DNA from: an uncultured Dokdonia sp.
GTDB lineage: Bacteria > Bacteroidota > Bacteroidia > Flavobacteriales > Flavobacteriaceae
Reading direction: 5' to 3'
Length of the DNA stretch: 64,000 nucleotides
NCBI GenBank assembly: GCA_947503305.1
Contig: CANNDF010000009.1
Span: forward strand, 993 to 64,992
The notes under the pieces are model-generated. The model was not told the DNA's origin, did no database searches, and worked only from the letters and a program-made list of their open reading frames with translations. Shown one piece after another: positions 1-9,906 of this stretch (the first letter of the stretch is position 1; each line of letters starts with the position of its first letter). A program made the translations under genes and the position numbers.

Positions 1-885
1 AAAGTTATCATCATTAACTCCATCACATTCAAGTTGGGTAATCGGAGCTACAGGAACAGGTATTTCAAAGAAGGTAACTATAATATCATCCGTACCCATA
101 TCCCCATCAAATGTAGTAATAGTGACTTCATATGTACCGGTCATAGTTACATTTATAATAGGCATCCCATCTGTACCGGGTACTGGAACAGGGCCTGTCC
201 CATCATCAAAGGTCCAAGTATAATTTGCTGCGGTAGGATCTGTAGCATCTAATGTTACAGGAGTACCATCATCACAGACATCAATATCTGGACCTAGAGC
301 AGGTTCTACAATAGAACAATCTGTTGTCCCTGCATCAGGATCCATAGCATTATCCTGTCTAATAAAAATTTCACCTTGAGCTTGATTAAAATTGGTTACT
401 AAAAAGACATATATTTCCCCTACCATCGCATTGGGGATAAATACCTCTTCAATAGAATCTATAGAAAAACTACAATCCACGGTATTTGCAGCGGTCAGAT
501 TTCCACACACGTTTGTATCTGCAAAAGGACCCCACACCGTAAAATCTACATCAAGACCAACACCATTTAAGGTACCATCATCAGCAATATCTGTATTTTG
601 AAAAATCGTAAACTCTAGATCTCCCGGATTCTCTATTTGTAAGAAGTACCACGTCGGAAAAGGGGTTGAACCCAGACATGTATAATCTGGTCCTACTTCT
701 CCTGAAGTAGCACAGTCTGGATTAGGGCTTCCTGCAAAACAATTATCAAAAGGTTGGTTAAGCTCTGCTGTACAAAAAGGAATAGCTTCGCCACATGTAG
801 GACCACCACTACCTTGTCCAAAACTTTGAAAAGATATAATACATATAGCAATAAACGTTATACGCCTGAGTAGGATTTTCTTCAT
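1..885 (-). CDS. Secreted Cys-rich / Ig-like-repeat surface protein, N-terminal part (3' end lies beyond the window edge)
   Basis: My own minus-strand translation runs from the ATG at 885-883 to position 1 with no stop. The ORF is absent from the supplied track because it is truncated. The N-terminus MKKILLRRITFIAICIISFQSFGQG looks like a signal peptide. It is followed by PTCGEAIPFCTAELNQPFDNCF, DVDFTVWGPF and GPDIDVCDDGTPVTLDAT..ANYTWTFDDG, which resemble large Bacteroidota adhesin-type proteins. The function is inferred. Confidence 0.7.
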   Translation of the reverse strand, partial: MKKILLRRITFIAICIISFQSFGQGSGGPTCGEAIPFCTAELNQPFDNCFAGSPNPDCATSGEVGPDYTCLGSTPFPTWYFLQIENPGDLEFTIFQNTDIADDGTLNGVGLDVDFTVWGPFADTNVCGNLTAANTVDCSFSIDSIEEVFIPNAMVGEIYVFLVTNFNQAQGEIFIRQDNAMDPDAGTTDCSIVEPALGPDIDVCDDGTPVTLDATDPTAANYTWTFDDGTGPVPVPGTDGMPIINVTMTGTYEVTITTFDGDMGTDDIIVTFFEIPVPVAPITQLECDGVNDDNF

Positions 886-1013
886 AATAGAGGTTTGTAG
901 GGCGAAAAATAAGGATTTTTTGTCAAAATTGTGTTAAAAATACCATGCTTTGTGTATACAAACGTAAGGAATCCCGATTTGTTACGTACCCCTTAATTTC
1001 TTACTACAATTTA

Positions 1014-1853
1014 TTAATTGCGATTATAAGCTTCTTTAAAAAGTTTAATGCATTCTATAGCAGGTTGCACATCATGCACACGTAATAAAGTGGCTCCTTT
1101 TTGTAATGCAATCATATGTAAAGCCGTTGTCCCATTAAGGGCTTCTGAGGGTTCTATACCCAGAGTTTTATATATCATTGATTTACGAGAAATACCTGTA
1201 AGGATAGGCACCTCAATCTTCTTTAAGATGTCTATATTAGAAAGTAATTCAAAATTTTGATCTGTTGTTTTTGCAAAACCAAATCCTGGATCTATAATTA
1301 TATCTTTGATCTTATGTTTGCGAGCTACTGCCAAACGCTCACTAAAATATTGCAATAAAGAACTGGTAATATCTTTATAATCTGTATAATCTTTCATTGT
1401 TTGTGGCCTACCACGCATATGCATCATACAGTAAGGTACTTGTAGATCTCCTACTATTTGCATCATATTTTTATCTAGTAAACCAGCACTTATATCATTA
1501 ATCATTACAGCACCTGCTTCTATAGCTTTTTGGGCTACGCTTGCGCGAAAAGTATCTACAGATAGTAACACATGAGGAAATTCTTTTATCATTTCTCCTA
1601 TTACTGGAAGAAGTCTACGTATCTCTTCTTCTTCAGATATATCTTTAGCATCAGGACGAGAACTATAGGCGCCTACGTCTATAAAGGTCGCTCCTTCTCT
1701 CAACATTTTTTCTGTCTGTGACATTACAGAATTCATATCATTATAATACCCTCCATCATAAAAAGAATCTGGAGTGAGATTAAGAATTCCCATTACTTTT
1801 GGAGTAGAAATATCGATAAGAGAACCTTTACAGTTAATGGTCATTTTATACAA
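1014..1853 (-). CDS. folP: Dihydropteroate synthase
   Basis: 279-aa ORF with the pterin-binding DHPS motifs GILNLTPDSFYDGG, DVGAYSSRP and DPGFGFAKT. Confidence 0.9.
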   Translation of the reverse strand: MYKMTINCKGSLIDISTPKVMGILNLTPDSFYDGGYYNDMNSVMSQTEKMLREGATFIDVGAYSSRPDAKDISEEEEIRRLLPVIGEMIKEFPHVLLSVDTFRASVAQKAIEAGAVMINDISAGLLDKNMMQIVGDLQVPYCMMHMRGRPQTMKDYTDYKDITSSLLQYFSERLAVARKHKIKDIIIDPGFGFAKTTDQNFELLSNIDILKKIEVPILTGISRKSMIYKTLGIEPSEALNGTTALHMIALQKGATLLRVHDVQPAIECIKLFKEAYNRN

Positions 1854-1994
1854 TTTATGTCATAAATACTGGGTATATATCACCATTCACTTAATGATAT
1901 GTATAGTAAATAATGATAGATTCAAACAAACTTACAACCCCATTTTTTATATTACGAATTTTAAGCGAAATTTACACAAATTCTAAATGCCTCT

Positions 1995-2531
1995 ATGAGC
2001 AACACTTCTCAACAATACGATACAGTAATTACACAATGTAGAGATCTCTTTATAAATAAAATGAAAGATTATGGAAGTGCTTGGCGTATTTTACGACTGC
2101 CTTCACTTACGGATCAAATTTTTATTAAAGCACAACGTATACGTGGATTACAGCAAAATGCAGTTCAGAAAGTAGATGAAGGTCAAGTTTCTGAATTTAT
2201 TGGAATTATTAATTACTGTGTTATGGCTCTTATCCAATTGGAAAAAGGAGTTGTAGAACAACCTGATCTTGATCTTGACAAAGCCATTCAAGCTTATGAT
2301 GAAAAGGTTGCTACGACTAAATCCCTTATGGAGGATAAAAATCATGATTATGGAGAGGCATGGCGAGACATGAGGGTGAGTTCGCTTACAGATTTGATAT
2401 TACAGAAACTATTACGCGTAAAACAGATTGAAGATAATCAAGGAAAAACGATTGTTTCAGAAGGTATTGATGCCAATTATCAGGATATGATTAATTATGC
2501 CGTATTTGCATTAATTCATATAGGAGAATAA
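1995..2531 (+). CDS. DUF1599-like protein (two internal repeats)
   Basis: 178 aa with an internal duplication (KDYGSAWRILRLPSLTDQI and HDYGEAWRDMRVSSLTDLI). It is divergent from folP, as I recall for this family in Flavobacteriia. Confidence 0.75.
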   Translation: MSNTSQQYDTVITQCRDLFINKMKDYGSAWRILRLPSLTDQIFIKAQRIRGLQQNAVQKVDEGQVSEFIGIINYCVMALIQLEKGVVEQPDLDLDKAIQAYDEKVATTKSLMEDKNHDYGEAWRDMRVSSLTDLILQKLLRVKQIEDNQGKTIVSEGIDANYQDMINYAVFALIHIGE

Positions 2532-2544
2532 AGGCAATGTATTT

Positions 2545-2558
2545 GCTTTCGCGAAAGC
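2545..2558. repeat. Iterated palindrome GCTTTCGCGAAAGC, exact copy, intergenic
   Basis: Exact 14-mer, 14 nt after the stop codon at 2531. Confidence 0.95.
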
Positions 2559-2596
2559 GTACCCTTCATATCATTCTGAAATAAAAATAATACATC

Positions 2597-4330
2597 ATGA
2601 AAATACTAGTTCACATTGCACGCTTTCTTGTAGGGGCGCTTTTTATTTTTAGTGGGTTTATAAAATTAAATGATCCTCTTGGGTTTTCATATAAACTTCA
2701 GGAATACTTTAGTCCTGAAGTTCTGGACATTGATTTTTTATCACCGTATGCCCTTTTGATATCTATTCTTCTAGTTATAGTAGAGGTCCTCTTAGGCATA
2801 GCTCTTTTAATAGGCTATTATAAAAAACCAACGCTATGGTTATTACTAGCCATGATTTTATTCTTTACATTCTTAACCTTTTATTCAGCATATTTTAATA
2901 AAGTTACTGACTGTGGTTGTTTTGGGGATGCTATCCCTTTAGTACCGTGGGAATCTTTTGCCAAGGATGTTATTTTACTTGTTCTTATTCTCTTTTTGCT
3001 AGCCAAACAAAAACACATACTACCATTATTTGGTAAAATGCCTCGCTCTATTATCATGTTTTTGTCCTTTGTAGCTTGTATGCTTTTTGGGTATCATGTA
3101 CTTATGCATTTACCATGGTTAGATTTTAGAGCATACAAAGCAGGGTCTAATATCGCCGAAAATATGATTATCCCCGAAGGGGCTCCTGAAGCTGTCTTTG
3201 AATACCATTGGAAGTTTAATATTAATGGAGAAGAAAAAATTATTACTACAACTGGGGCTTACCCCCAAGTTGAAGGTGATTTTATAGATTATGAAACCCA
3301 ACAGATTTCTGAAGGATATATTCCTCCTGTACATGACTTTACGATAGAAAGAAACGAGCAAGATTATACAACTACTTTTTTAGAGAAAGAAAACCTTGTG
3401 GTTATAGTTGCTTACAATCTAGATAAAACAGAGCGTGAAGCTTATTACAATATTAGAAATACTACAGAAGAAGCAATACGCAATGGATATACAGTCATAG
3501 GCCTTACCTCTTCTAGTCCAGAAGTAAATGAAGCCTTTGTTAAAGACTACAAACTTCCCTTTACTTTTTATTTTACAGATGAGACTGTTTTAAAAACAAT
3601 TGTACGTGCAAATCCTGGAATTGTTGCTCTTGACAAAGGAACTATCCTTCAAAAACTTCATTGGAATGATGCCAGTGATCTTACTATAAATGAGTTGCCT
3701 ACAGCCCAACCTTTATTAGATTTTGATTTAAAATTTGAGCTAGACAGCATTGCTGTTTTAGATCAAAAATATCGCAAACTAATGCACGTAAGTGGTGAGG
3801 AACGTGAAGCATTGGGTAAAAAAATGGGATTAGGGCCAGAAGATTACAATGGTAATTTATGGGAACGACAGATTGCTATAGATACTAGTAATCTCAAAAG
3901 AATTGAACAAATACTTAATACTAAAGGGTATCCTGGAAAGTCTATGGTAGGTACTCCAACGAATACTGCTGCTTGGTATGTAATACAACATTCTAATAAA
4001 ATTCCAAAATACCTTGAACTAATGAAAGAAGCAGGAAAGGCTGGAGAACTCCCTTTTAGGCTTGTAGCTATGATGGAAGATCGCTACCTGATGAGTGAAG
4101 GTAAATCACAAATATATGGTACTCAAGGAATGGAGTATAATAATAGTGGTCCTTTTATATGGCCTATAGAAAATCCAGAAAATGTAAATCAATTACGACG
4201 AGATGCAGGATTTGAAAGTACTATAGAAGTATATGCAAAAGACCTCTTCGGAGAAGATTTTGAGTTTGAACATATCACTCTAGAAGAAGCTGAAAAACGA
4301 AGATTGAGATCTATTAATACAAACGAATGA
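2597..4330 (+). CDS. DoxX/BT_3928-like membrane protein with a periplasmic thioredoxin-like region and an extra C-terminal domain
   Basis: 577 aa. The N-terminus MKILVHIARFLVGALFIFSGFIKLNDPLGF plus several TM helices and a CGCFGD motif fit the DoxX-type family. Residues from about 390 onward (LDQKYRKLM..WERQIAIDTSNLKRIEQIL..AAWYVIQHS) form an additional soluble module. Confidence 0.7.
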   Translation: MKILVHIARFLVGALFIFSGFIKLNDPLGFSYKLQEYFSPEVLDIDFLSPYALLISILLVIVEVLLGIALLIGYYKKPTLWLLLAMILFFTFLTFYSAYFNKVTDCGCFGDAIPLVPWESFAKDVILLVLILFLLAKQKHILPLFGKMPRSIIMFLSFVACMLFGYHVLMHLPWLDFRAYKAGSNIAENMIIPEGAPEAVFEYHWKFNINGEEKIITTTGAYPQVEGDFIDYETQQISEGYIPPVHDFTIERNEQDYTTTFLEKENLVVIVAYNLDKTEREAYYNIRNTTEEAIRNGYTVIGLTSSSPEVNEAFVKDYKLPFTFYFTDETVLKTIVRANPGIVALDKGTILQKLHWNDASDLTINELPTAQPLLDFDLKFELDSIAVLDQKYRKLMHVSGEEREALGKKMGLGPEDYNGNLWERQIAIDTSNLKRIEQILNTKGYPGKSMVGTPTNTAAWYVIQHSNKIPKYLELMKEAGKAGELPFRLVAMMEDRYLMSEGKSQIYGTQGMEYNNSGPFIWPIENPENVNQLRRDAGFESTIEVYAKDLFGEDFEFEHITLEEAEKRRLRSINTNE

Positions 4331-5403
4331 TACGGTACTTTCTTCAAAAATTAGGTTATGCAACTCTCACACTTGTAGGGGTTGTTACCGTCATATTTTT
4401 GTTGTTTAATGTATTACCTGGTGACCCTGCACGAATGATGTTAGATCAAAATGAAGACCCAGAACAGCTTGCAAAAATTAGAGCAAAGTATGGATTTGAC
4501 CAACCTGTGTATAAACAATACCTCTACTACCTTAATGATCTCTCTATCGTTTCTTTTCACGCAAGTGAAAAAGAACATTATACTAGCCTATCTTCAAAAA
4601 AGTATACTGCTACCCCCCTACTTACTCTAGGAAATACTCAAATCGCACTAAAATATCCTTACCTGAGAGAAAGCTTTCAAAAGACAGGAAAAAAAGTAAG
4701 TGAGGTCATTCAAGAAACATTACCCAATACTATTGTACTCGCTGTAAGTGCTATTACCATTGCAATTATACTTGGCATATTGTTGGGAGTTATTTCTGCT
4801 CAAACGCGAGATACATGGCTAGATAGACTTATACAAGTGATTAGTACTTTAGGCATGAGTGTTCCAAGCTTTTTTAGTGCTATTTTATTTGCATGGTTGT
4901 TTGGTTTTGTACTGCATAAGTATACACATCTCAATATGACGGGAAGTTTATATGCCATGGATGATTTTGGAGAAAAAATCACTATCCAATGGAAAAATTT
5001 AATTTTACCTGCTTTTGTATTAGGTATTAGGCCACTTGCAGTTATTATCCAACTCATGCGTAATTCGCTACTCGAGGTCTATAACCAAGAGTACATCAGA
5101 ACGGCTAAAGCCAAAGGATTAAGTACTTATCAAATCATAAAAAAACACGCACTTAAAAACGCATTGAATCCTGTAGTAACAGCAGTATCTGGCTGGTTTG
5201 CATCTATGCTTGCAGGTGCTGTTTTTGTAGAGTATATTTTTGGATGGAATGGCCTAGGAAAAGAGATTGTGGATGCTCTTAATACCTTAGATTTACCTAT
5301 TATCATGGGGGCTGTACTTATTATCGCATCCTTATTTGTTCTTATAAATATCTTTGTAGATCTTATCTATGGCTGGCTAGATCCTAAAATAAGATTATCC
5401 TAA
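4327..5403 (+). CDS. ABC transporter permease (Opp/Dpp-type binding-protein-dependent family)
   Basis: 358 aa, multi-TM, with the EAA-like loop EYIRTAKAKGLSTYQIIKKHALKNAL. Its start overlaps the upstream stop (ATGA). Confidence 0.85.
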   Translation: MIRYFLQKLGYATLTLVGVVTVIFLLFNVLPGDPARMMLDQNEDPEQLAKIRAKYGFDQPVYKQYLYYLNDLSIVSFHASEKEHYTSLSSKKYTATPLLTLGNTQIALKYPYLRESFQKTGKKVSEVIQETLPNTIVLAVSAITIAIILGILLGVISAQTRDTWLDRLIQVISTLGMSVPSFFSAILFAWLFGFVLHKYTHLNMTGSLYAMDDFGEKITIQWKNLILPAFVLGIRPLAVIIQLMRNSLLEVYNQEYIRTAKAKGLSTYQIIKKHALKNALNPVVTAVSGWFASMLAGAVFVEYIFGWNGLGKEIVDALNTLDLPIIMGAVLIIASLFVLINIFVDLIYGWLDPKIRLS

Positions 5404-5557
5404 ATTTATTTTTATCATAACCATTGCACTTCTTTCATTCTTTTTGAAAAGAGAAACTATTTTTTTAACATTCTATAAGACTTTATTGTAATCACTGAAA
5501 TATCAATAAAACTACATTTCTATTTTTCTTTTTTAGACGTATTCCCAATCTTATTAA

Positions 5558-5565
5558 TATTTTTG
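5558..5565 (+). promoter_or_regulatory. Candidate Bacteroidota -7 box (TATTTTTG) for tpiA
   Basis: Matches the TAnnTTTG consensus, 24 nt upstream of the ATG at 5589. No convincing -33 TTTG was seen. Confidence 0.35.
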
Positions 5566-5588
5566 CTCAATAAACTAATACACCTTAG

Positions 5589-6341
5589 ATGTCTAGAAAA
5601 CATATTGTTGCCGGAAATTGGAAAATGAATAATAATCTTGCAGAGACACAAGCATTAATTACCGATCTCAAAAGCAAAGAAAATACAGGAGATGCAGAAG
5701 TTATCATTGCGCCTACTTCAATAAATTTACATGCCGCCGTTGAAGCTTTAAAAGGAAGTACGATTCAAGTAGCAGCACAAAATATGCACCAAGCAGAAAG
5801 TGGAGCTTATACAGGGGAGGTATCTGCAGGAATGCTTAAAAGTATTGGATTGGAAACGGTCATTTTAGGACATAGTGAGCGTAGAGCCTATTTTCATGAA
5901 AGTGATGAATTACTAGCACAGAAGGTAAATACTGCTTTACAACATGGACTACGTGTTATTTTTTGTTTTGGCGAAGAGCTAGAAGATCGTAAAAATGGAA
6001 AACATTTTGAAGTAGTCTCTAGTCAACTTAAAAATGCACTTTTTCATCTATCTGCTACGCAATGGTCTCAGATTGTACTTGCTTATGAACCTGTCTGGGC
6101 GATAGGGACAGGAGAGACAGCTTCTCCAGAACAAGCACAAGAAATGCATGCATTTATAAGAACAACCGTAGTTGATTCTTATGATGAGACTACAGCCTCA
6201 AATGTTACTATACTTTATGGAGGATCTGTAAAACCTGCAAATGCCAAAGAGATATTCTCAAAACCCGATGTAGACGGAGGACTCATAGGAGGAGCATCTC
6301 TTAAAGCAACTGATTTTTTTGAGATTGTAAATGCATTCTAA
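5589..6341 (+). CDS. tpiA: Triosephosphate isomerase
   Basis: 250 aa with the canonical TIM motifs AGNWKMN, ILGHSERR, AYEPVWAIGTG and GGASL. Confidence 0.95.
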   Translation: MSRKHIVAGNWKMNNNLAETQALITDLKSKENTGDAEVIIAPTSINLHAAVEALKGSTIQVAAQNMHQAESGAYTGEVSAGMLKSIGLETVILGHSERRAYFHESDELLAQKVNTALQHGLRVIFCFGEELEDRKNGKHFEVVSSQLKNALFHLSATQWSQIVLAYEPVWAIGTGETASPEQAQEMHAFIRTTVVDSYDETTASNVTILYGGSVKPANAKEIFSKPDVDGGLIGGASLKATDFFEIVNAF

Positions 6342-6416
6342 ATACCATTAGAATAACTAACATACTGAAAGCTTTCATCGTATTTTAGTACCTTAGATGG
6401 ATAACTACTATATACT

Positions 6417-6944
6417 ATGAAAGCTTTTTCTGTTATAGCAATATTTATTGCTACTTTTTGCCTCTCTTGCCAGGCACAATCTATTACTACACTTTCTGAT
6501 GGAACCAAAGTTCTGCACGATGACACTTCTGAAACTAATGGAATTTATGTGTCAAAAGAAGGGAATTTAGGAATAGGTATCAAAGTTCCAAAAGATAAAC
6601 TTGAGGTCAACGGGCAAATACATGCCAAATCTGTAAAAATTGACTTAAAAGAGTGGGCAGATTATGTTTTTAAAGATGACTATCCGCTTTTACACTTACG
6701 CGAAATCGAAAACTATATAAACACCTATGGTCATTTACCGGAAATCCCATCGACAGATGAAGTTCTCAAAAATGGTATAGAATTGGGACATGTAAACACT
6801 CTTCTCCTTAAAAAGATAGAAGAATTGACCTTACATCTTATTCAAAAAGATCACGAGGTATCTCAATTACAAAACCAATACAAGAACCTCAAATATGAGA
6901 TAGAACAACTTCAAAAACAAGTTGAAACCCCATCAAGATCTTGA
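6417..6944 (+). CDS. Secreted hypothetical protein with a coiled-coil tail
   Basis: 175 aa with signal peptide MKAFSVIAIFIATFCLSCQA. The motif block GNLGIGIKVPKDKLEVNG..WADYVFKDDYPLL.L.EIENYI..YGHLPEIPS..E..KNGIELG is one I recognise from many small Bacteroidota hypothetical proteins. The C-terminus has heptad-like QLQNQYKNLKYEIEQLQKQ. Confidence 0.6.
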   Translation: MKAFSVIAIFIATFCLSCQAQSITTLSDGTKVLHDDTSETNGIYVSKEGNLGIGIKVPKDKLEVNGQIHAKSVKIDLKEWADYVFKDDYPLLHLREIENYINTYGHLPEIPSTDEVLKNGIELGHVNTLLLKKIEELTLHLIQKDHEVSQLQNQYKNLKYEIEQLQKQVETPSRS

Positions 6945-8557
6945 AAAATCTCCATTTAATTATACTATTTATACTGGTAAGCACACTATCCAGCTGGGCT
7001 CAAGAAGATCGTTTTTATATACGAACGATCAGTGAGGAGGTTGAAATCCCTGTTACTACAACAGACTCCATAGTTACATATACAGGGACAAATCAGAAAT
7101 TAAAAAGCATATTTGAAAAATATCATGTCAAAGTATTTCGGAAAGGTTTTAAATATGCAGATCGTGATAAGCTCAAGCGCACTTTTTTTGCAATAGCAGA
7201 CAGCCCCGATTTTCAAAAAGAGCTATTACAAGAAATGTCAAATATGTTTGAGTTTGGAGAAAGTTTGCAAGAGGAGCTCTTAAAAATTTATGAACCCAAT
7301 GATTATGGAACTACAAGTACAACTGGAAAAAACACAGGCGCCCAAGCGTATCTAGATTATTATGATTTTTTGGGGGTACCACAGGCATGGTATTATACTA
7401 CAGGTAGTCGCGATATTGTTATAGGAATTTCTGATGCTACTGTTGACCCAGAAGATCCTGAGTTTAAAGGAAAAACAACCGTTTTTAAAAATAGCACCTT
7501 CTCAGAAGGTCATGGGTTGAGTGTAGCCGCTACTGCAGCAGCACAAGGGGATAATGGATATGGTATTGCAGGGGTTTGCTATGATTGTAGCGTGTATACA
7601 ACGAGGTATGGTGATTTTAGATTTTTACGTCAGCTCTTAGAATTATCTAGAGCGGGTGCAAAAGTGATCAATTGTAGCTGGGGAGGCACAACTTATTATG
7701 AGACAGCTCAGGAAGCGATTAATGAAATGAGAGATAATGGTACCGTCATTGTTTCTGTACCTCATAATGAATCCTATGCTACTACCAAAGGAAAAAAGCC
7801 AAGGTACCCTGGAGCTTATGAACATGTGATTTCTGTTGGGAGTGTACAATATCGCTATAATGATCCATCAGAATCATTACATTTTAATGAAAAAAATGGC
7901 AACTACTATACTGTTGGGTTAAAGTACCATGTAGGCCGTACAGCTGGTTTCAAAGACAATGATCCAAAAAAAGAATATCGTATATACCCTGTCTCTACAA
8001 ATAACCTAGATCAATATGTGGATGTACTGGCACCAGGCAACTATATTTTCAGGTATGGCAGGTATGTAATGAAACAAGATAGTTTACTCTACAATAATGT
8101 AGAAGCCACTTCTCCAGCAGCACCCCTAGTTACTGGTACTATAGGATTAATGTTTTCTTTGAATCCATGTCTATCTGTAGATGAAGTAAATAGTATCATA
8201 AAGCTTACCGCAACAAATATAGATGGTATCAAAGCAAATGCCCCCTATAAAGATAATTATGGCGCAGGAAGTTTACATACTGGAAAAGCAGTAAAAATGA
8301 GTCATGATATGTTACAATCTAATATGTATACTATAATTGAAAATCAAAAATTCCATAGGTGGAATTTTACATTAAACGCCCCTTATAATATCAGGATTCG
8401 TAATCAAAAATTTACCGATAGTGTTAAGGTACATTTTACAGCAAAAAATAAAATTTTAATTGAAAACGAAACTGTACTTTTGCCCAGCGAAAAAGGAGAA
8501 CTATTATTAAAAATTGATCCAAACGCATCCTATCATTGCAAAGACACTCAAGAATGA
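6941..8557 (+). CDS. S8 (subtilisin-like) serine peptidase
   Basis: 538 aa with signal peptide KNLHLIILFILVSTLSSWAQ. The candidate triad is Asp in IGISDATVD, His in GHGLSVAATAAA and Ser in EATSPAAPLVTG. The start is TTG and overlaps the upstream stop (TTGA). Confidence 0.8.
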   Translation: MKNLHLIILFILVSTLSSWAQEDRFYIRTISEEVEIPVTTTDSIVTYTGTNQKLKSIFEKYHVKVFRKGFKYADRDKLKRTFFAIADSPDFQKELLQEMSNMFEFGESLQEELLKIYEPNDYGTTSTTGKNTGAQAYLDYYDFLGVPQAWYYTTGSRDIVIGISDATVDPEDPEFKGKTTVFKNSTFSEGHGLSVAATAAAQGDNGYGIAGVCYDCSVYTTRYGDFRFLRQLLELSRAGAKVINCSWGGTTYYETAQEAINEMRDNGTVIVSVPHNESYATTKGKKPRYPGAYEHVISVGSVQYRYNDPSESLHFNEKNGNYYTVGLKYHVGRTAGFKDNDPKKEYRIYPVSTNNLDQYVDVLAPGNYIFRYGRYVMKQDSLLYNNVEATSPAAPLVTGTIGLMFSLNPCLSVDEVNSIIKLTATNIDGIKANAPYKDNYGAGSLHTGKAVKMSHDMLQSNMYTIIENQKFHRWNFTLNAPYNIRIRNQKFTDSVKVHFTAKNKILIENETVLLPSEKGELLLKIDPNASYHCKDTQE

Positions 8558-9417
8558 CACCTGTATATATAAGCTTTACATTTACTGTAACACCATTACA
8601 ACCTGGAACCGAAATACTAATAGCAGAACTAGGCTATGCAGGCTTTGAGAGTTTTACTGAAACAGAAACAGGTGTTATAGCGTATATCCAAAAAGAAGAA
8701 GCAATTGTAAACTCCGCAGGAGTTGACTATAAAGCTACTTTAAGTACGATACAAATATTGAAATCTGATGAATTTCAAATCACATATACCACCGAAGAAA
8801 TAGCCCAAGTAAACTGGAATGAAGAATGGGAAAAAAACTTTGACCCTATAGATGTAGATGGTCGCTGTGCTGTACGTGCCCCTTTTCACCCTAAAACTGA
8901 TGTCGATTATGATATTATCATAGAACCCAAAATGTCTTTTGGAACTGGCCATCATGAGACTACACATATGATGATTAAGCATCTACTCAAACTTAATGTT
9001 TCTGATAAAAGAACATTAGATATGGGTTGTGGGACAGGAGTGCTTGCAATTCTTGCAGAAATGCGAGGAGCTCATCCTATAGATGCAATTGACATAGACA
9101 ACTGGTGTTATCTCAATTCCATTGAAAATGTAGAAAGGAATAACTGTTCTAATATTACTGTATATGAGGGTGATGCTTCACTACTTAAAGGAAAAGTCTA
9201 TGACCTCATTATTGCAAATATTAATAGAAACATTCTATTACAAGATATTGCTATATATGCACAATGTCTCTCTTCAAAAGGCGTTTTATTATTAAGCGGA
9301 TTTTATACAGAAGATATTGCATTAATCACAGAAACGTGTAATGAAAATCAGCTATATTTTGTGGGTAACTATGAACGTAATAATTGGGTTGCCTGTAAAT
9401 TTGAAAAAAGAATATAA
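8554..9417 (+). CDS. prmA: Ribosomal protein L11 methyltransferase
   Basis: Contains FGTGHHETT and the SAM-binding motif LDMGCGTGVLAI. I prefer the ATG at 8554 (ATGA overlap with the peptidase stop) over the track start at 8536. Confidence 0.85.
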   Translation: MTPVYISFTFTVTPLQPGTEILIAELGYAGFESFTETETGVIAYIQKEEAIVNSAGVDYKATLSTIQILKSDEFQITYTTEEIAQVNWNEEWEKNFDPIDVDGRCAVRAPFHPKTDVDYDIIIEPKMSFGTGHHETTHMMIKHLLKLNVSDKRTLDMGCGTGVLAILAEMRGAHPIDAIDIDNWCYLNSIENVERNNCSNITVYEGDASLLKGKVYDLIIANINRNILLQDIAIYAQCLSSKGVLLLSGFYTEDIALITETCNENQLYFVGNYERNNWVACKFEKRI

Positions 9418-9436
9418 TAAATTGGGGGATTATAAT

Positions 9437-9450
9437 GCTTTCGCGAAAGC
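9437..9450. repeat. Iterated palindrome GCTTTCGCGAAAGC, exact copy, intergenic
   Basis: Exact 14-mer, 17 nt after the prmA TAATAA stop. Confidence 0.95.
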
Positions 9451-9507
9451 GCACTGCAGTAATGTTCAATCTATTTTTTGTAAATTTCTACCAAGAAACT
9501 CGCCTCT

Positions 9508-9783
9508 ATGAGTACTAAAGAAAAATACCAAGAAGACTTAGATGTTCTTACAGAAGAAGAACAACAACATGAGATTATACTTTATAATGATGACGTAAAT
9601 ACATTTGACCATGTTATAAATTGTCTTATCAATGCCTGTGATCATACAGAAGAACAAGCACATCAATGCTCTCTTATTGTGCATTACAAAGGTAAATGCG
9701 CTGTAAAAACAGGAGAATATGACGACTTAAAACCTCGCTGTTCAAAACTTTTACAAGCTGGCCTCAGTGCAGAAATCATCTAA
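9508..9783 (+). CDS. clpS: ATP-dependent Clp protease adaptor ClpS
   Basis: 91 aa. The core ILYNDDVNTFDHVINCLI..C.HTEEQAHQCSLIVHYKG.C.V is typical of ClpS. Confidence 0.9.
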   Translation: MSTKEKYQEDLDVLTEEEQQHEIILYNDDVNTFDHVINCLINACDHTEEQAHQCSLIVHYKGKCAVKTGEYDDLKPRCSKLLQAGLSAEII

Positions 9784-9863
9784 TCATAGATAGCATAATC
9801 ATAAAGAAACCTATCCATTAATAATTTTAATTAAAAACAATTGTTCCCCCGTAGCGCTTTTGC

Positions 9864-9871
9864 TATTTTTG
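9864..9871 (+). promoter_or_regulatory. Candidate -7 box (TATTTTTG) for sucC
   Basis: TAnnTTTG match 36 nt upstream of the ATG at 9907. A weak -33-like ATTG lies about 20 nt upstream. Confidence 0.3.
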
Positions 9872-9906
9872 CACAGCGTAAATAAAGCACCATATAAAAA
9901 GGTATT

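Noticed and set aside
34-601. Plus-strand track ORFs 34-252 and 392-601
   Set aside because: They lie antisense to a long uninterrupted minus-strand ORF (1-885) that has a signal peptide and adhesin-like motifs. Their products are Cys/Ile/Arg-rich nonsense typical of shadow frames.
6366-6377. Palindrome TGAAAGCTTTCA after tpiA considered as a terminator or a permuted copy of the iterated palindrome
   Set aside because: It has no loop and no convincing T-run, so it is not a credible terminator. It shares GAAAGC/GCTTTC half-sites with the iterated motif, but in the opposite arrangement, and a single instance is insufficient.
8536-8553. Upstream extension of prmA (track start at 8536)
   Set aside because: The ATG at 8554 gives an ATGA overlap with the peptidase stop and a typical PrmA N-terminus. 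The extra MQRHSR lies inside the peptidase coding sequence.
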